A stretch of DNA of 64,000 nt from Candidatus Latescibacterota bacterium (GTDB lineage: Bacteria; Latescibacterota; UBA2968; UBA8231): positions 1,856,001 to 1,920,000 of the forward strand of contig OZ242318.1 of the NCBI GenBank assembly GCA_965208105.1. The letters run 5' to 3'. Within the stretch, counting starts at the first letter, position 1, and every line of letters begins with the position of its first letter. Below, one piece after another: positions 30,019 through 40,542 of this stretch. A program made the translations under genes and the position numbers. Under the pieces are notes generated by a model. It had not been told where the DNA came from. It did not search any database and saw only the letters and a list, made by a program, of their open reading frames with translations.

Positions 30019-30396
30019 TGGTTTCTTTCCCACCACCACCAGGGGACGCAATTTTTCGATGGTACGGACTCCGATACCCCGCACCTTCTGCAGCTCCTCC
30101 AGGGATTTGAAGGGTCCGTGGGCGCCCCGGTACTGGAGTATGCGCTCCGCCATCTTGGGGCCGATGGAAGGCAGGAGCTGCAACTGCAGGGCGGTGGCCT
30201 CGTTCAGCGGCAGGGGTCCCGCCTCCTGGAACTCCGCCACCGACTCCAGAGGGGGCGGCGGCTCGACTGCACGGGCTATGACCTGGAACTCCTCCAGGCT
30301 GGAGGGCCGGTAATAGTCCACCAGGGCGAGGCCACTGCCCGCCAAAAGGGCTCCGGCGAGAAACAGCAGAGCCAGTTGTTCGCGTCGATTGAACAT
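30016..30396 (-). CDS. comEA: ComEA family helix-hairpin-helix DNA-binding protein
   Basis: N-terminal TM; LNEATALQLQLLPSIGPKMAERILQYR..HGPFKSLEELQKVRGIG. Confidence 0.93.
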   Translation of the reverse strand: MFNRREQLALLFLAGALLAGSGLALVDYYRPSSLEEFQVIARAVEPPPPLESVAEFQEAGPLPLNEATALQLQLLPSIGPKMAERILQYRGAHGPFKSLEELQKVRGIGVRTIEKLRPLVVVGKKP

Positions 30397-30438
30397 GGAA
30401 TTTACCCCGATTCGCGGCCTGCGGCAACCGCAGTGGAC

Positions 30439-33400
30439 TCAGCGGAAGAACATGGTCCCGGAGAACTTGACCTCGCGGCTCTTGCGGGTTTTTTCGGTCA
30501 ATTGGTTCAGTTCGTCCTGGATCCGGATGAGGCCGTCGCCGCGGAAACTTTCGCTGAACTTATAGGAAGCGGTCAGCGACCCCCGCCACTTGCGCATGCC
30601 GCTTATGGGCACGCGTTCGGCGTAGCCGGTCCCCTTTGAACGGGTCTCGGTCTCCCGGGTGAATTCGAATTTGAGATCGACGTCGCTCTTCAACTTGCCG
30701 AAGAGGGGTATGCTGCGGGGCCTCAGGTTGTAGTTGACTCGAAAGGTCGTGGACCGCTTCTGGTTGCTGCCGCTGCCGCGCAGGGGCCGTTCTTCCTCCG
30801 CTTCCGCAGCTTCCCCCTCTCCAGCTGCATCGCCGACCAGTTCAAAATCCAGTTCTGTTCCCCGGGAAACAACGGTTTCAATCTTCGTGCTGGGACCAAT
30901 TCCCCACTTCCCGTTCCAGGAGACACGGATCTCCCTGGAGTTACCCTCCGTGATAAGATTGCCGGGCACGAGGCTGCCTTCGCCCTCTTGGGACCTGGTT
31001 TCCTGGTAGGAGACATTTACATGGGCGCTGTGGATGTACCTCTTGATGAAGGGCAGGCGGTTTGCTCGTCCCCAGGTCAGACTGGTCTTGGGAAAACGGC
31101 GCTCCTTCAGAAGCCGCAGGCGCTTCTGGGTGCTGCCGCTGCGCCGGGTCAACTTCTGGTCGAGATTGGTCTTGACGCTGACCCCCATCGGCAGCTTCAC
31201 CCCCGATCCTATGTCCAGATTGCTGGTGTGGTTGAACTGATCCTGCTGGGTGAGCCCCACGGTTGCCCTCTCCACCTCGAGGCTGTCCTCCAGGCCGATC
31301 TGGTAAAGGACGGAAGGCCGGCCGTTGAGGTTGAAGCTGCGCGCCGAGCCGTTGCGCCGCCAGGTCGCGCTGACCGGCTCTATGAATCCGCCGGCGAAGT
31401 GAAACAGGCGCCACAGGAAGAACGGGCCGCGCTGAATCCGAGCCTCGCCAGCGGTGGCCGTGTCACCATTCTCGCCGTTCCCGCCGTCCCTGCTTCCTGC
31501 CACCCTTCTCCCGCCTTTTGACGAGCCCGACGAGCCCGCGATACTCTTCAGAATGGCCGGCAGCTTCAGGTTGAACCGGGCAGAAAGATTGTTTCTCGTG
31601 GTTACGTCCCGGGTCTTGAACGGCAGCCCGGTGGTGCTGTCGACCACGACCTGTGCGCGGCGCTGGGAAGGGTCGCTGTTTTCCTCGTAATTGGCTCCGA
31701 AGGTGTAGCTCTGATCCAGCCACCTGACCAGGCGGGGAGTAAACTTCACGTCCGCTTTCTGCCGCCTCCTTATCTCGCGGCCGAAACTCAGTCTGTCCAC
31801 GGAGTACTTCTTGCGCAGGTCGCGGTCGATCTGGAGATTGTAGTCTCCGGTCGTCCCGGTGAAGGGATTGACCTTTGCCACGTAAGTCTCCTTGAGCCCG
31901 AAGGTTTCCTGAAAGGTGGTATCGGTTTCGGTGCGCTGGCGGCTGGATTTTTCCCTGCGGCTGGCCGCGACCGAATAGGTGAGGTTGGAAGGCAAGTAGC
32001 GCCAGCGCAACTTGGCGACCGACTGAGGCATGAAATCGGGCAGCCAGGCGAAGATGGACAGCATGGGGCTGGGCAGCGGCATCTTGTAGTTGAAATTCAT
32101 GGTCTGCGCGTCGGTGCGGTCCAGGGGCCGGATCTGATCCTTCCTGTGCTCGCTCAAGTGCGACAGGCGCAGGTTGACCTGGTCGATGGTCCAGCGCAGC
32201 AGCCAGTTTCTGCCGCTGCGCTTGCTTAGGGACAGCTCGTAAAACTGCCGGGCGCTCCGGCCGCGCTGGCGACGTTTTTCTTCACTGGTCAGCTCCACGT
32301 CGGCGTTGGGACCGAATCGCGGCAAACTCTCCTTCTCATTGAAAGTCGCCTTGAGCGGTATGGCGAAACCCCAGCGTCCCGGCAGAAAACGGTTGAGGTG
32401 GGCGGTAGTCGACAGGGCGGTCGTCAGATCCGTGGCGGTGCGCTCGGTGGAGTTGAGGGTGCGGAAATTCCCTCCCATCCACTGCACCTCACCATCGAGG
32501 TTGACGAAATCGGCCATTTTGGTGTTGACCTTGGCAAAGGCGGCCAGACCGGCATCGTTGCGCACGTCCTCGAGGCGCAATTCGTCCACCAGGACCTGGC
32601 CGCTGTATGCCTGCATGGGTCCCTTGTTGCGCAAACCGATGGTCAACTGCCTGATCTGCTGCATGGAGGGATTGCCCCGCACCCGATAGGTGGCCGGTAC
32701 TCCGTTGCGCCGGTTCGGACGGGCGATCACCGTGTCCAGCACAGAGGGGTGCTGGCCGGAAGAATCTGAGAGAAGGTCCTGCAGCCTGGCCTTGAGCTGG
32801 GCAATCTCCAACAGGTCGATGTCCACCTCGTTCTCCTGACCCGGATGCTCACCTTCCCAGCCAGGGAATACCTCGCCGGCGAACTCGTAGTAATTGGTGC
32901 TGTCCGCGCCGAAGCGGACGAACAGCTCCAGATCGCTGGAGTCGCCCTGGACGTATTCCGTGTTCACGTCGTCTCCGTGGACAAACATGCGCAACCGGGT
33001 GTACTTGGTGTAGTTGGCGTTGCGCGTCAAAATCTTGGTGGCCGAGGCCTGGTGCCCAGGCTCGAGGTTCTCATAGGCCAGGACCAGTGACTGCTCGGTC
33101 TCCCTCGCGAATCCCTGCGCTTTGCGCCTGATTTTCACCCCTGGAGGCGGTTTGTACTCGGTATTTTCGGCGGTGCCGATCACGGTTACGTTGAAGGCTT
33201 CATCCGCCCCCACCTCGAAGCCTTCCTGCAGGATGGCGATGTCGTCCTCCTGCCACTCGTTGCCGACCACTTCCATCAGCGCAATCTCGACCATGACGGT
33301 CTGCTCCGGCCTTGCTGGACTGCCGCTGACCATGAGGCGGGCGTATTCCACCAGGCTCGAGTCCGGGTTGCCAGCGCGCTCGGTGTCAGCGTAGAGTGGC

Positions 33401-36400
33401 AGCCGGAAAAGGCGCCAGCCGTTGCTCTCCGTGCCCGGAACGTGGGGGTCGTTGGCCAGGTCGATGGTGTAGTGGAAATAATCGTTACGAAGGTTGAGAA
33501 CGGTGTCGCCGTTCAGATCTTCGCTGTCAGGTCGGCCGTCGACTCCGGTCTCACGGTCGACCCTGTTGCCTTCCGTGCCGTTGATGCGGCTGTAGTCGTT
33601 CTTGTTGCTATCGGGATTGTAGCTCCAGTTGTCTCCCTCGGGGTCCTCCGGGTCACGTTCGGGATAGATCTGCCGGAAACTCTCTTTTTTGTCCGGCGTG
33701 GACCCGGTGGTATCGGCTCCGGCCAGATTCAGGTAGTAATTCAACTCCGTCTGATCGTTGCGCCCGTCGATGCCGATGTCCTCTTTGGGGGCCAGTATTC
33801 CATCTCCAGCGGGGAGCCCGGGCTTGGACTCGTCCTCGGTGTCGATGACTCCATTGGCGATGAAATCCTCGCTGATCGTGCCCAGATCGATGTGCAAACT
33901 GCCCTGGGATCCGCGCACCCAGAGGTCGAGAAACTTGGAGCGGGAGTAGTCCTTGGCCTCTCCGTTGGCCCCCCCGAGAGATGACATCACTGCTCCCCAG
34001 GAGGTGGGCGCTTCCGGCCGCGGAGTCAGTTCGAGAACAAGGATGTCGGTCTGCTTGTCCTGACTTTCGAGCTGTTCCTCCTGGCCGGGCCAGATTTCCG
34101 TCCTCAGCACCCCCTCAAAGGGATTGTACCAGATCAGCTCGCCGCGGTTTTCCTCGCCATAGGCGGAATTCGCCGGCAAACTTGCGGGGGTCCACTGGGT
34201 GCGCCCGATGCGCAGAGTGCTGGGGTTCTCACTGCCTTCGAAGTCGTCGATGAAACCCTTGCCCCTGGTATTGAGATTGGGCCGGCCCTGGGCCACCTCG
34301 GCGCGCACTTCGAAACTTGATGGAGTCGCGGTTTTGAGCAAAGGTAGGGCATCCACCACGCGGGTGAGAAAAGGCGCACCGAATTTGGCCCTAACGTCCA
34401 TGCTCCAGACCACGGTGCGGGCCGGCTCCTGCCCGACCCGCACCCGGCGCTCGCTGCTGCGCTCGTTGTTGTAGATCATGGTGCCGCCCCAGTATCCGTC
34501 TCCGCCCAGAAATTCGTACTGGGTACGCAGGCCCAGAAGGGTCTTTTGCTGGGAGCCGAAACTCAGCAGGTCCTTGCTTTCGTAGGAAATCTCCAGCTCG
34601 GCGCCGGGGTCGGCCACCTCCTGAGCGGTGCTGCCTACAAAAGTGATGTCGCCTCCGCTACTGATATTGTAGTCCACGTCGAGCTGCTTGCGCTGGCCGT
34701 TGAGCCGCACTACCACAGTTTCGGGTCTGACCCCCAGCCCCAGATTAATGCGCTGCTGGGTCGAACTCGAGCGGACCTCGATGGTGTAACGGCTGGCCTC
34801 GTCCCAGTCGCGCCGCTGATGGCTGGTATAGATCCGGGGAATCTTGTCCTTCAGGAGCTTGCTCCCCGGGTCTTCGGCCTCGGTAGGATTGAAGGGGGTT
34901 CGCGCCGGAAAAATCAGGTGTCCGCGCAACTCGTCCAAGCCAATGTAGCCTTTGTCGATGAGACGGTCCGGCCGACTGCCCGGATCCTGGCCGTGTTCGT
35001 CCAGGCCCAGGATCTGCAAATAGGAAGAACTTCTTCCTTGGGAAGGCTCAGGCTCCTTCCCGGGAATCTCCTTGAATATCTGCACCTCGATTGTAGCCGT
35101 ATCGAACTTTCTCCCCGGGGAATAGCTCGTGGCGATGCGGTAGACATTCTTCCACTCCAGGTCCCAGGTGGGAAAATCCGGCCGCGCGGCGCGAGCCTTG
35201 ATGAGCTTGAGCTCCAGAGGATCCGTCTGCGCGTTGCCGAACTGACGCCCGTCCTGGGTGCGGTAGATCACCGCCAGGGCGTGGCGACCCGGCACCGCGC
35301 GGTGAAGGACAATAAAGCCGGCGGCGAGGACCACGGAATAGTCGTTGTCCGGATCAAGGCGATGCCAGGTACCGCGTTCGACCCATCCGCTCTCTTCTCT
35401 GAGATCGTTGAAGTCCGCCCAGGCCACGCCCTCCTTGGCGAGAAGCTCGGCATCGTTCTTGGCGTCGAAATCGTTGACGTAGACCTGCAGGCTGTTGGCA
35501 TCGATGACGTCCTCGTTGCGAATCTGCTGCCCCTGCGCCAGACGGCGGTAGTCGGGCAGATTGTCGCGGTAGAACTGGTCGAGGAAAAAATAGGTGTTGC
35601 GCAGGTACTGGTGGTCCTTGAGTGAAAGGGTGTCCTGGGCGGCGCCTCCCTTGAAGGTCTGACGGTTGCTCTTGCTCTTCTCGTGGCTGGCAATTGCGGT
35701 GAAGTCGAGTGGTCCGACCACCCCTTTGGCGCGCACCCCGAAAAGTCCCTTGTGCTGCTGGCTGAAGTCGACAAATCTGGACTGGGGCAGGGACAAGGTG
35801 GTATTTCCGGCCTGGATCTCCTTGAATATGGCGTCTTCCTTGCCCTTGTAGTCGAGCTTGATCTGGTTGGCTATCTGGTCGCCGAAATTGGACCCGAAGG
35901 CAGAGTCCAGATTCTCGGTATCCTGGTCGATACGCACATTGATCAATTCGCCGACCTTGCCTTCGACCGTGAAGCGCTGTTCCTGATCCACCCCGAGGGC
36001 CGGAAATTTGGAGGGCCGCCCGGAAGTCGTCTGCACCTCATTGGAGGTCCATTGGCTCTTGCCTGAGATACCCACCTTGAGCTGGCCTTTCATGCGCAAG
36101 GTGGGACCCTCGTCCCCGATGAAGCGCCGCAGAGGTTTGGGCGTGGTGAAAGGCACGCTCCACTCCAGCCGCCGCGCGCCCCTCTGACGCTTTTCCGCGG
36201 CGGCAGTCCGGAAGCCGCGGCGGATTTTCTGGCGCCAGAGCTGCCGGCTCTCGCGCAGGTATGTGAGGTCCAGATGATGCTCTTTGTGCATACTCACATC
36301 GGGTCCCCGGTGAAATCCGCCGGAAAAACTTTTGTATGTCACCAGCAGAGAATCCACTTCGACCCTGTTTTCGAAGAGATTGGCGGACATCCGCATGCGC

Positions 36401-36678
36401 AACAGGGGGTCCCCCGGCTGCAGCATCGAAGGGGCCGAAGCCTGCTCGAAAAAGGAAGCGAGTGGACCTATGATGGGATCAGGATGCAGTCCGGGTTGGG
36501 CCGCGGCGAGAGGCGAGGACTGCATCGGGACGAGAGACCACAGAAGCCAGAAAAGACCGACGAACCTGCAAGGATACCCAACCCTGAGGAAGGTAAATCT
36601 GAAACCAACCATCTCGCCGCGCATAGAGAAAATGATTCCGTACCTCGAGTTGAAGGTGCGGACAAAAAGCAAAAACAA
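30439..36678 (-). CDS. sprA: SprA/Sov-like type IX secretion outer-membrane translocon homolog
   Basis: ~2060-2080 aa; NQIKLDY.G.ED.I..EI.AGN, NRGELIWYN, IDLGTISED, INGTEGN, PDSEDLNGD, GWRLFRLPL, PPPGV, EQSLVL, LRMFVHG, RFG.D..NYYE, GNPS, VDELRL; terminal beta-strand FSGTMFFR. True start may be 36612. Confidence 0.85.
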   Translation of the reverse strand: MFLLFVRTFNSRYGIIFSMRGEMVGFRFTFLRVGYPCRFVGLFWLLWSLVPMQSSPLAAAQPGLHPDPIIGPLASFFEQASAPSMLQPGDPLLRMRMSANLFENRVEVDSLLVTYKSFSGGFHRGPDVSMHKEHHLDLTYLRESRQLWRQKIRRGFRTAAAEKRQRGARRLEWSVPFTTPKPLRRFIGDEGPTLRMKGQLKVGISGKSQWTSNEVQTTSGRPSKFPALGVDQEQRFTVEGKVGELINVRIDQDTENLDSAFGSNFGDQIANQIKLDYKGKEDAIFKEIQAGNTTLSLPQSRFVDFSQQHKGLFGVRAKGVVGPLDFTAIASHEKSKSNRQTFKGGAAQDTLSLKDHQYLRNTYFFLDQFYRDNLPDYRRLAQGQQIRNEDVIDANSLQVYVNDFDAKNDAELLAKEGVAWADFNDLREESGWVERGTWHRLDPDNDYSVVLAAGFIVLHRAVPGRHALAVIYRTQDGRQFGNAQTDPLELKLIKARAARPDFPTWDLEWKNVYRIATSYSPGRKFDTATIEVQIFKEIPGKEPEPSQGRSSSYLQILGLDEHGQDPGSRPDRLIDKGYIGLDELRGHLIFPARTPFNPTEAEDPGSKLLKDKIPRIYTSHQRRDWDEASRYTIEVRSSSTQQRINLGLGVRPETVVVRLNGQRKQLDVDYNISSGGDITFVGSTAQEVADPGAELEISYESKDLLSFGSQQKTLLGLRTQYEFLGGDGYWGGTMIYNNERSSERRVRVGQEPARTVVWSMDVRAKFGAPFLTRVVDALPLLKTATPSSFEVRAEVAQGRPNLNTRGKGFIDDFEGSENPSTLRIGRTQWTPASLPANSAYGEENRGELIWYNPFEGVLRTEIWPGQEEQLESQDKQTDILVLELTPRPEAPTSWGAVMSSLGGANGEAKDYSRSKFLDLWVRGSQGSLHIDLGTISEDFIANGVIDTEDESKPGLPAGDGILAPKEDIGIDGRNDQTELNYYLNLAGADTTGSTPDKKESFRQIYPERDPEDPEGDNWSYNPDSNKNDYSRINGTEGNRVDRETGVDGRPDSEDLNGDTVLNLRNDYFHYTIDLANDPHVPGTESNGWRLFRLPLYADTERAGNPDSSLVEYARLMVSGSPARPEQTVMVEIALMEVVGNEWQEDDIAILQEGFEVGADEAFNVTVIGTAENTEYKPPPGVKIRRKAQGFARETEQSLVLAYENLEPGHQASATKILTRNANYTKYTRLRMFVHGDDVNTEYVQGDSSDLELFVRFGADSTNYYEFAGEVFPGWEGEHPGQENEVDIDLLEIAQLKARLQDLLSDSSGQHPSVLDTVIARPNRRNGVPATYRVRGNPSMQQIRQLTIGLRNKGPMQAYSGQVLVDELRLEDVRNDAGLAAFAKVNTKMADFVNLDGEVQWMGGNFRTLNSTERTATDLTTALSTTAHLNRFLPGRWGFAIPLKATFNEKESLPRFGPNADVELTSEEKRRQRGRSARQFYELSLSKRSGRNWLLRWTIDQVNLRLSHLSEHRKDQIRPLDRTDAQTMNFNYKMPLPSPMLSIFAWLPDFMPQSVAKLRWRYLPSNLTYSVAASRREKSSRQRTETDTTFQETFGLKETYVAKVNPFTGTTGDYNLQIDRDLRKKYSVDRLSFGREIRRRQKADVKFTPRLVRWLDQSYTFGANYEENSDPSQRRAQVVVDSTTGLPFKTRDVTTRNNLSARFNLKLPAILKSIAGSSGSSKGGRRVAGSRDGGNGENGDTATAGEARIQRGPFFLWRLFHFAGGFIEPVSATWRRNGSARSFNLNGRPSVLYQIGLEDSLEVERATVGLTQQDQFNHTSNLDIGSGVKLPMGVSVKTNLDQKLTRRSGSTQKRLRLLKERRFPKTSLTWGRANRLPFIKRYIHSAHVNVSYQETRSQEGEGSLVPGNLITEGNSREIRVSWNGKWGIGPSTKIETVVSRGTELDFELVGDAAGEGEAAEAEEERPLRGSGSNQKRSTTFRVNYNLRPRSIPLFGKLKSDVDLKFEFTRETETRSKGTGYAERVPISGMRKWRGSLTASYKFSESFRGDGLIRIQDELNQLTEKTRKSREVKFSGTMFFR

Positions 36679-36774
36679 ACCTGCTAGCTATGCGCGATAA
36701 GCTGTCTCCTGGAACCGGGTAGTTAAGGGGAAGATCGCCGGGGGGATTTCCTGGTCTTTTGTAAAACTCTCAAA

Positions 36775-36803
36775 AACATAGCACAAGACCCCGATTAATT
36801 CAA
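36775..36803 (-). promoter_or_regulatory. Candidate sigma70 promoter for sprA
   Basis: Minus strand TTGAAT-17 bp-TATGTT with extended TGn. Confidence 0.45.
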
Positions 36804-36978
36804 GAAAAATGCCTGCAAAATCCGTTCCCACCGCACATCGGCGGGGAGATTCTTCTCAAAATCACGCAAGTGTGTATATTCAGGAGGAGTTCGCTTCTGG
36901 TCCACTCCATCGGGCGGCGAACGTCCAGGCCACCGCGGCGCAACAGTTCCGTATCTTCCCCTTCACACTTCTTCCAGC

Positions 36979-38295
36979 TTGACCACCTTATCGCGCTATC
37001 TGATCAAAGAGCACCTGGGCCCGTTCGCCCTCGCACTGCTGCTGATCGTCTTCGTTCTGGTCATCGACCTCGTCCTGCAGACCATGGACCAGGTGCTGAG
37101 CAAGGGTCTTTCCCTGGGGCTGGCCGCCCGGCTCTTCCTCTACAACCTGGCCTGGATCATCGCCCTCGCCGTCCCCATGGCCGTGCTGGTGTCCGTTCTG
37201 ATGGCCTTTGCGCGCCTAGCCGCAGACAACGAAATCATGGCTGCCAGGGCCTGCGGGGTCGGTTTCCCGCTCCTGCTGCGTCCCGTCCTTGCGGCCGCGG
37301 CCGTCCTGACCGTGCTGATGGTCCTCTTCAACGACCTGGTCCTGCCGGACTGGAATTACCGGGCGCGCAATATCGCCTCCAACCTGAAACGTCTCAAGGC
37401 CGCCGTCGTACTGAAGGAAAAAGAGGGGGTATTCCTCCATAAATTGGGCAACAGGTACAGCCTGCTGATCCGCCAGGTGGACGAAAGGAACAATACCCTG
37501 AAAGGCATAGTTCTCTACGACAGGAATCGCCCCGGGCCGCCCACCACCCTGCACGCGGACGCCGGGCGGATTGAGATTTTCGGCGACGGCAGCTACATCC
37601 GGCTGACCCTCTACGACGGCGAATTCCACCGCGTCGAAGGGGGCGATCACACGCGCTTCGTCCGCGGGGTCTTCGGGCGTCAGGTGGTCCACATTCAGGA
37701 CCATCAAAGGGCCTTCAGTGAGCGCAGCTCGACTTACCGGGGCCAACGGGAAATGAACGTCCGCGCCATGTTTCACGCCGTGCAGAAGCACCGCAGGGAA
37801 CGCGCGCAGGCCCAGGCGTCCATGGACTCCGCCCTGCAATCCTTCATCGCGGACTTGAGTGCGGGCCAGGAGGCCGGCGCCGAACCGGGGACCCCTGATC
37901 CTTCCGCCGCCGGGCGCGCCGAGGCGCTGGAAAAGAACTTCCGCCAGCAGTGGCGGCTGGACGCCCATCGCACGGGGCAAATCGCCGAATTCATGGTGGA
38001 GATCCACAAGAAGTTCTCCATTCCCTTTGCCTGCATTGTATTCGTCATGGTCGGCGCTCCCCTGGGCGTTCTGATCCGACAGCGCGGTGCGGCTGTTTCC
38101 GTGGGGGTCAGTCTGGTCTTCTTCCTGGTGTACTGGATGTTCCTCATCGGGGGCGAGGAGCTGGCCGACCGCGGCTTCATTCCACCCTCCCTGGCCATGT
38201 GGACGCCCAACCTGTTTTTCGGCCTTCTGGGTGCCTATCTGATTCGAGCCGCCGCAACCGGCCGCCACCTGGGAAACCGGCATCCGAGGAGGTGA
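36979..38295 (+). CDS. lptF: LPS export ABC permease LptF family
   Basis: LSRYLIKEHLGPF, LAVPMAVL, ADNEIMAARACG, VEIHKKFSIPFAC, AMWTPN. Confidence 0.92.
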   Translation: MTTLSRYLIKEHLGPFALALLLIVFVLVIDLVLQTMDQVLSKGLSLGLAARLFLYNLAWIIALAVPMAVLVSVLMAFARLAADNEIMAARACGVGFPLLLRPVLAAAAVLTVLMVLFNDLVLPDWNYRARNIASNLKRLKAAVVLKEKEGVFLHKLGNRYSLLIRQVDERNNTLKGIVLYDRNRPGPPTTLHADAGRIEIFGDGSYIRLTLYDGEFHRVEGGDHTRFVRGVFGRQVVHIQDHQRAFSERSSTYRGQREMNVRAMFHAVQKHRRERAQAQASMDSALQSFIADLSAGQEAGAEPGTPDPSAAGRAEALEKNFRQQWRLDAHRTGQIAEFMVEIHKKFSIPFACIVFVMVGAPLGVLIRQRGAAVSVGVSLVFFLVYWMFLIGGEELADRGFIPPSLAMWTPNLFFGLLGAYLIRAAATGRHLGNRHPRR

Positions 38296-39374
38296 TGGCA
38301 CCGGTGAGACTTCTGGACGCATATCTGCTGCGGCGCTATATCCATTCACTTTCACTCAGTATTCTGGGCCTGCTTCTCATCGCCGCGGTGGTGGACCTGA
38401 CCGAGAACATCGACACCTTCATCGACCACGATGCCCGGCCCGGCCAGGTCCTCTATTACTACCTGTACCACACCCCGTACTGGATCATCCTGACCCTTCC
38501 CGTCGCCACCCTCCTGGGTACCCTCTTCGCCCTTTCCGCCATGGCCCGGCGCAACGAGATCACGGCAATGAAGTCCGCGGGCATCAGCCTCTACAGGCTG
38601 CTCCTTCCCATCTTCGGCTGCGCCCTGGTCTTCGGCGCTCTTGCCTTTCTCTTCACCGACCGCATCGTCCCCGCCGCCACCTACCGCTGCAACACCGTGC
38701 GCGACGAAATCCGCTCCCAGAGCCGCAACGACGGTTCGCGGCGGCAGGTGCTGTTGCAGGACGTGGACGGCCAGTTGATCTTTGCGGGGTCGTACGACGC
38801 GGGCACCAGGCAGGGCAGGGACATCCTGTGGGAACGGCACCGCGATTCCCGCGTCTTCGAGCGCCGCAGCGCACGGCGTCTGGAGTGGCACCCCGAGGGC
38901 TGGCTGCTCCTGAATGGCCACACCTACCGCTTCGCCGATTCAGGGATGCAGGTCAGCTCATTCGACACCCTGGAGTTGAAGCACCTGACCCTGGGACCCG
39001 AGGATTTCGCGCGGCAGCAGAAAAAGCCCGAGGAGATGAATTACCGCGAGCTGCAATCCTACATCCGGCGCGCGCGGGCCAACGGCGAGGACACGACCCG
39101 CCACCTGGTCGATCTCCACCTCAAGATTTCCTTTCCCGTCACCTGCTTCGTCATCGTCCTCCTCGGCGCTCCTCTCGGCGCCAACGCCCGCCGCACCGGA
39201 CTGGCCAACAGCTTCGGCATCGGCATACTGATCTGCTTCGTCTTCTACAGCTGCGTCAAGATGGGACAGGCCCTGGGCTGGAACCAGGTCCTGTCTCCGC
39301 TGCTGGGAGCCTGGCTGGCCAATATCATCTTCGCAGTGCTGAGCCTGATTCTTCTGTGGCGGGCGCACAAATAG
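38295..39374 (+). CDS. lptG: LPS export ABC permease LptG family
   Basis: LLDAYLLRRY, RRNEITAMKSAGISLYRL, PEEMNY.EL, LHLKISFP, PLLGAWLAN; TGATG overlap. Confidence 0.92.
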   Translation: MAPVRLLDAYLLRRYIHSLSLSILGLLLIAAVVDLTENIDTFIDHDARPGQVLYYYLYHTPYWIILTLPVATLLGTLFALSAMARRNEITAMKSAGISLYRLLLPIFGCALVFGALAFLFTDRIVPAATYRCNTVRDEIRSQSRNDGSRRQVLLQDVDGQLIFAGSYDAGTRQGRDILWERHRDSRVFERRSARRLEWHPEGWLLLNGHTYRFADSGMQVSSFDTLELKHLTLGPEDFARQQKKPEEMNYRELQSYIRRARANGEDTTRHLVDLHLKISFPVTCFVIVLLGAPLGANARRTGLANSFGIGILICFVFYSCVKMGQALGWNQVLSPLLGAWLANIIFAVLSLILLWRAHK

Positions 39375-39445
39375 GGGAATCCTGCCAGTGCGCCGGAAGG
39401 GAAGGGTTATCTGACGGAATGAATCGAGAGGAACAGGCGGGGCCC

Positions 39446-40525
39446 TCAGGCCAGTCCCTGCTGCAGGTGGTAAATCTTCAGGTTCAGCGTCGCCGAGCGG
39501 CTCTTCCACCGCTCCAGCAGCGCCGCAGCCCTGGCTTTCGCCTCTCCCTCCAACCTGGAGTCGAGTTCGACCAGTAACTGCGCCATGCGCGCGACCTTTA
39601 CCTCCGATGCCTGCTCGGTCAGGCGTTCCAGGTCCTCCAGCAGCTCGGAGCCGGCGGGCGCGTCGGTGGACTGCAGCGCAGCCCGCATGAAGTGGACATG
39701 GCGCCACGCAAAGGCCTCGTCCTCACCGCTGCGCTTGAACAGATACTGCAGCAACTCGACGCTGGGAGACCGTTGCAGGACTTCCAGGGCAATGCAGCCG
39801 AGCAGGCGCCACGCCCGCGACCTCGCCGCCTGCCTCGCGTCCTGATGGGGATCCCAGTCCGGCGCCCCCCGCTTGTCCAGAAGGACCTCGAATAGCGCCA
39901 CCTGGGGAAGGCGGGCGCACAAAGCAGCCAAGCGGCCGTATTCCGCGCCTTCTCTCTCGAGGAGGTCTTCAATGAGCCCTCGCACCAGGGGCGGATGGAT
40001 GCCGCCGAGTTTATCGAGGAGGATGCGCTCGACCGGTGCCCGGCGGCTCTCCAACAAGGCTTGCAGCAGGGACCCCAGGGTATCGCGATTGACGGGCAGA
40101 CCGAGCGCAGCCTCGCGAGCCACGTGGTCGTCTTCGTGCAACAGAAACTCCTGAATTTCGTTCCTCTGGCGCAGGCACCAGGCCAGGCCGACCCCAACCC
40201 GGGGGTCCCGCTCCCGGCGCAGAAGGGACAGCAACCTGTTCAGGCTGGACTGAGAGGAGAGCCAGCGGCGGTGGTAGCCCAGCATGCGCGCCGCCACCAG
40301 CCGCCGGGGGTCCCCTTCCATCTCGAGGATACCCCAAAGCACATCCATCCCCGTCGGGGCGGGCACGACCTGACGCAACTGCTCCACCGCCCGGATGCGC
40401 TCCCGGGACGTTGCCCCGCAGGCGGCCTGCACCAGGAGCTCTTCCAGACCGACTCCTTTATCCTGGTGGGCCATTTCGAATTTGCCGCGGTTCTGGCGGA
40501 ACTGGTCGCGAATATCGAGAACCAT
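39446..40525 (-). CDS. Hypothetical all-helical protein with HEAT-like repeats
   Basis: RERIRAVEQL, PRRLVAARMLG, ERDPRV...LAWCL, DDHVAREAALGL; SD AGGAG. Confidence 0.6.
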   Translation of the reverse strand: MVLDIRDQFRQNRGKFEMAHQDKGVGLEELLVQAACGATSRERIRAVEQLRQVVPAPTGMDVLWGILEMEGDPRRLVAARMLGYHRRWLSSQSSLNRLLSLLRRERDPRVGVGLAWCLRQRNEIQEFLLHEDDHVAREAALGLPVNRDTLGSLLQALLESRRAPVERILLDKLGGIHPPLVRGLIEDLLEREGAEYGRLAALCARLPQVALFEVLLDKRGAPDWDPHQDARQAARSRAWRLLGCIALEVLQRSPSVELLQYLFKRSGEDEAFAWRHVHFMRAALQSTDAPAGSELLEDLERLTEQASEVKVARMAQLLVELDSRLEGEAKARAAALLERWKSRSATLNLKIYHLQQGLA

Positions 40526-40542
40526 AACTTGCTCGCTCCTCC